Assembly (NCBI GenBank): GCA_030704615.1
Contig: CM060732.1
Span: 14,942,001-15,006,000 of the forward strand
Length of the DNA stretch: 64,000 nucleotides
DNA from: Takakia lepidozioides
Lineage: Eukaryota; Plantae; Bryophyta
Reading direction: 5' to 3'
Part shown: positions 63,101-64,000 of the stretch, piece after piece
Layout of the letters: each line of letters opens with the position of its first letter
How positions within the stretch are numbered: the stretch's first letter is position 1
The notes under the pieces: model-generated
The model's input: the letters and a program-made list of their open reading frames with translations, nothing else
Told to the model about the DNA's origin: nothing
Database searches by the model: none
Program-made: the position numbers and the translations under genes

Positions 63101-64000
63101 AGGATCCCCAATGGATCGCATCATAGACCTATTCACAATTGATCTTTACGAATCATGTCTAAAAAAACTATCAAAATCTAAAGCCCCGGGCCCCGATCTT
63201 ATACCCAATGCTATACTTCAAGTTTTAAACCCTCAACTTCACTACCTCCTTTTTAAATTCTTTCAACTCTGTTACAAACTAAAACGAATCCCACACTCCT
63301 GGAAACACAACCGGACCATTCTACTCTTCAAAAAATGTGATCCTACAGATCTCAGTAATTACAGACCCATAGCACTGGCCAACACCATATACAAGCTATT
63401 CACCAGTACGCTCACCACAATGCTATCAAGATATGGCGAGCAACACCAAATTCTCAGTGACCCCCAAGAAGGATTCCGAGCTACACGTAGTACAACACGA
63501 CAAATACAATATGTTCTCTCCGCACTTGAAGATGCTAAACTTACAAAGCAAGACATCTATCTTCTATATATCGATTTTAAAAATGCCTTCGGCTCCCTAG
63601 ACCATGCTAGATTACTTGCTATCATGCTTGATCTTGGGTACCCCACCGATGTCGTCCAACTAATAGGAAACATCTACACAAACAGCACTACTGAATACTT
63701 TTGCACATATTATGGCTCCACCCCGCCTATCCCCATCCTTCCAAACTATCCAGGGTGACACCTTAAGCCCCTACCTATTCATTATCTTCCTAGAACCCCT
63801 ACTTCGATGGTTAGCTCGAGGCAAGCTTGGCTATCACTACAAAACCTTCTCAAGTGACATCTCAGCTGCAGCATATGTAGACGACCTAGCCATCCTGGCA
63901 CATAAACCACAACACCTCAACCGACAAGTTAATAAACTACTCAGATTCAACCTATGGTCAAGCATGGAACTCAGCTTACACAAGTGCGCCATCACAGCCG
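60120..64000 (+). mobile_element. Non-LTR retrotransposon 5' half: N-terminal extension, AP endonuclease, reverse transcriptase (runs off the right edge)
   Basis: APE motifs LNILTWNV, ILLQETK, LAGDFN and SDHYPV (61430-62200). RT motifs KAPGPD, NYRPIAL, QEGFR, YIDFKNAF, QGDTLSP and YVDDL (63180-63890). Frameshifts are present; the 5' boundary is approximate. Confidence 0.9.

Overview
Eukaryotic nuclear DNA from a land plant, most likely a non-seed plant such as a bryophyte, lycophyte or fern (inferred from PLS/DYW-PPR style and intron structure). Only one host gene looks intact: a 13-exon organellar DNA polymerase I-like gene (POP/PolI, minus strand, 22990-32454, ~1067 aa, one GC-AG intron). 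The rest is decayed and nested mobile DNA: a Ty3/Gypsy junction, a Penelope-like (Naiad/Chlamys-type) fragment, a CACTA transposase element, an RTEX-like LINE tail, 120-bp satellite arrays, and a broken cluster of PPR pseudogenes interleaved with OSB-type PDF-motif exons. Two candidate novel systems stand out. (1) A Mutator-like DNA transposon (GCM-like Zn finger, DDE, SWIM) carries a divergently transcribed ParB-like plus amino-methyltransferase-like gene, and that gene's introns hold about 11 copies of a 24-bp palindrome (possibly parS-like). (2) A Dualen/RandI-like LINE is present in three pieces; its C-terminal half reads chromodomain, PCIF1-like N6-adenine-methyltransferase-like domain, RNase H, restriction-like endonuclease, and a separate piece carries APE plus RT. 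All domain calls are motif recognition by eye; no database searches were run.
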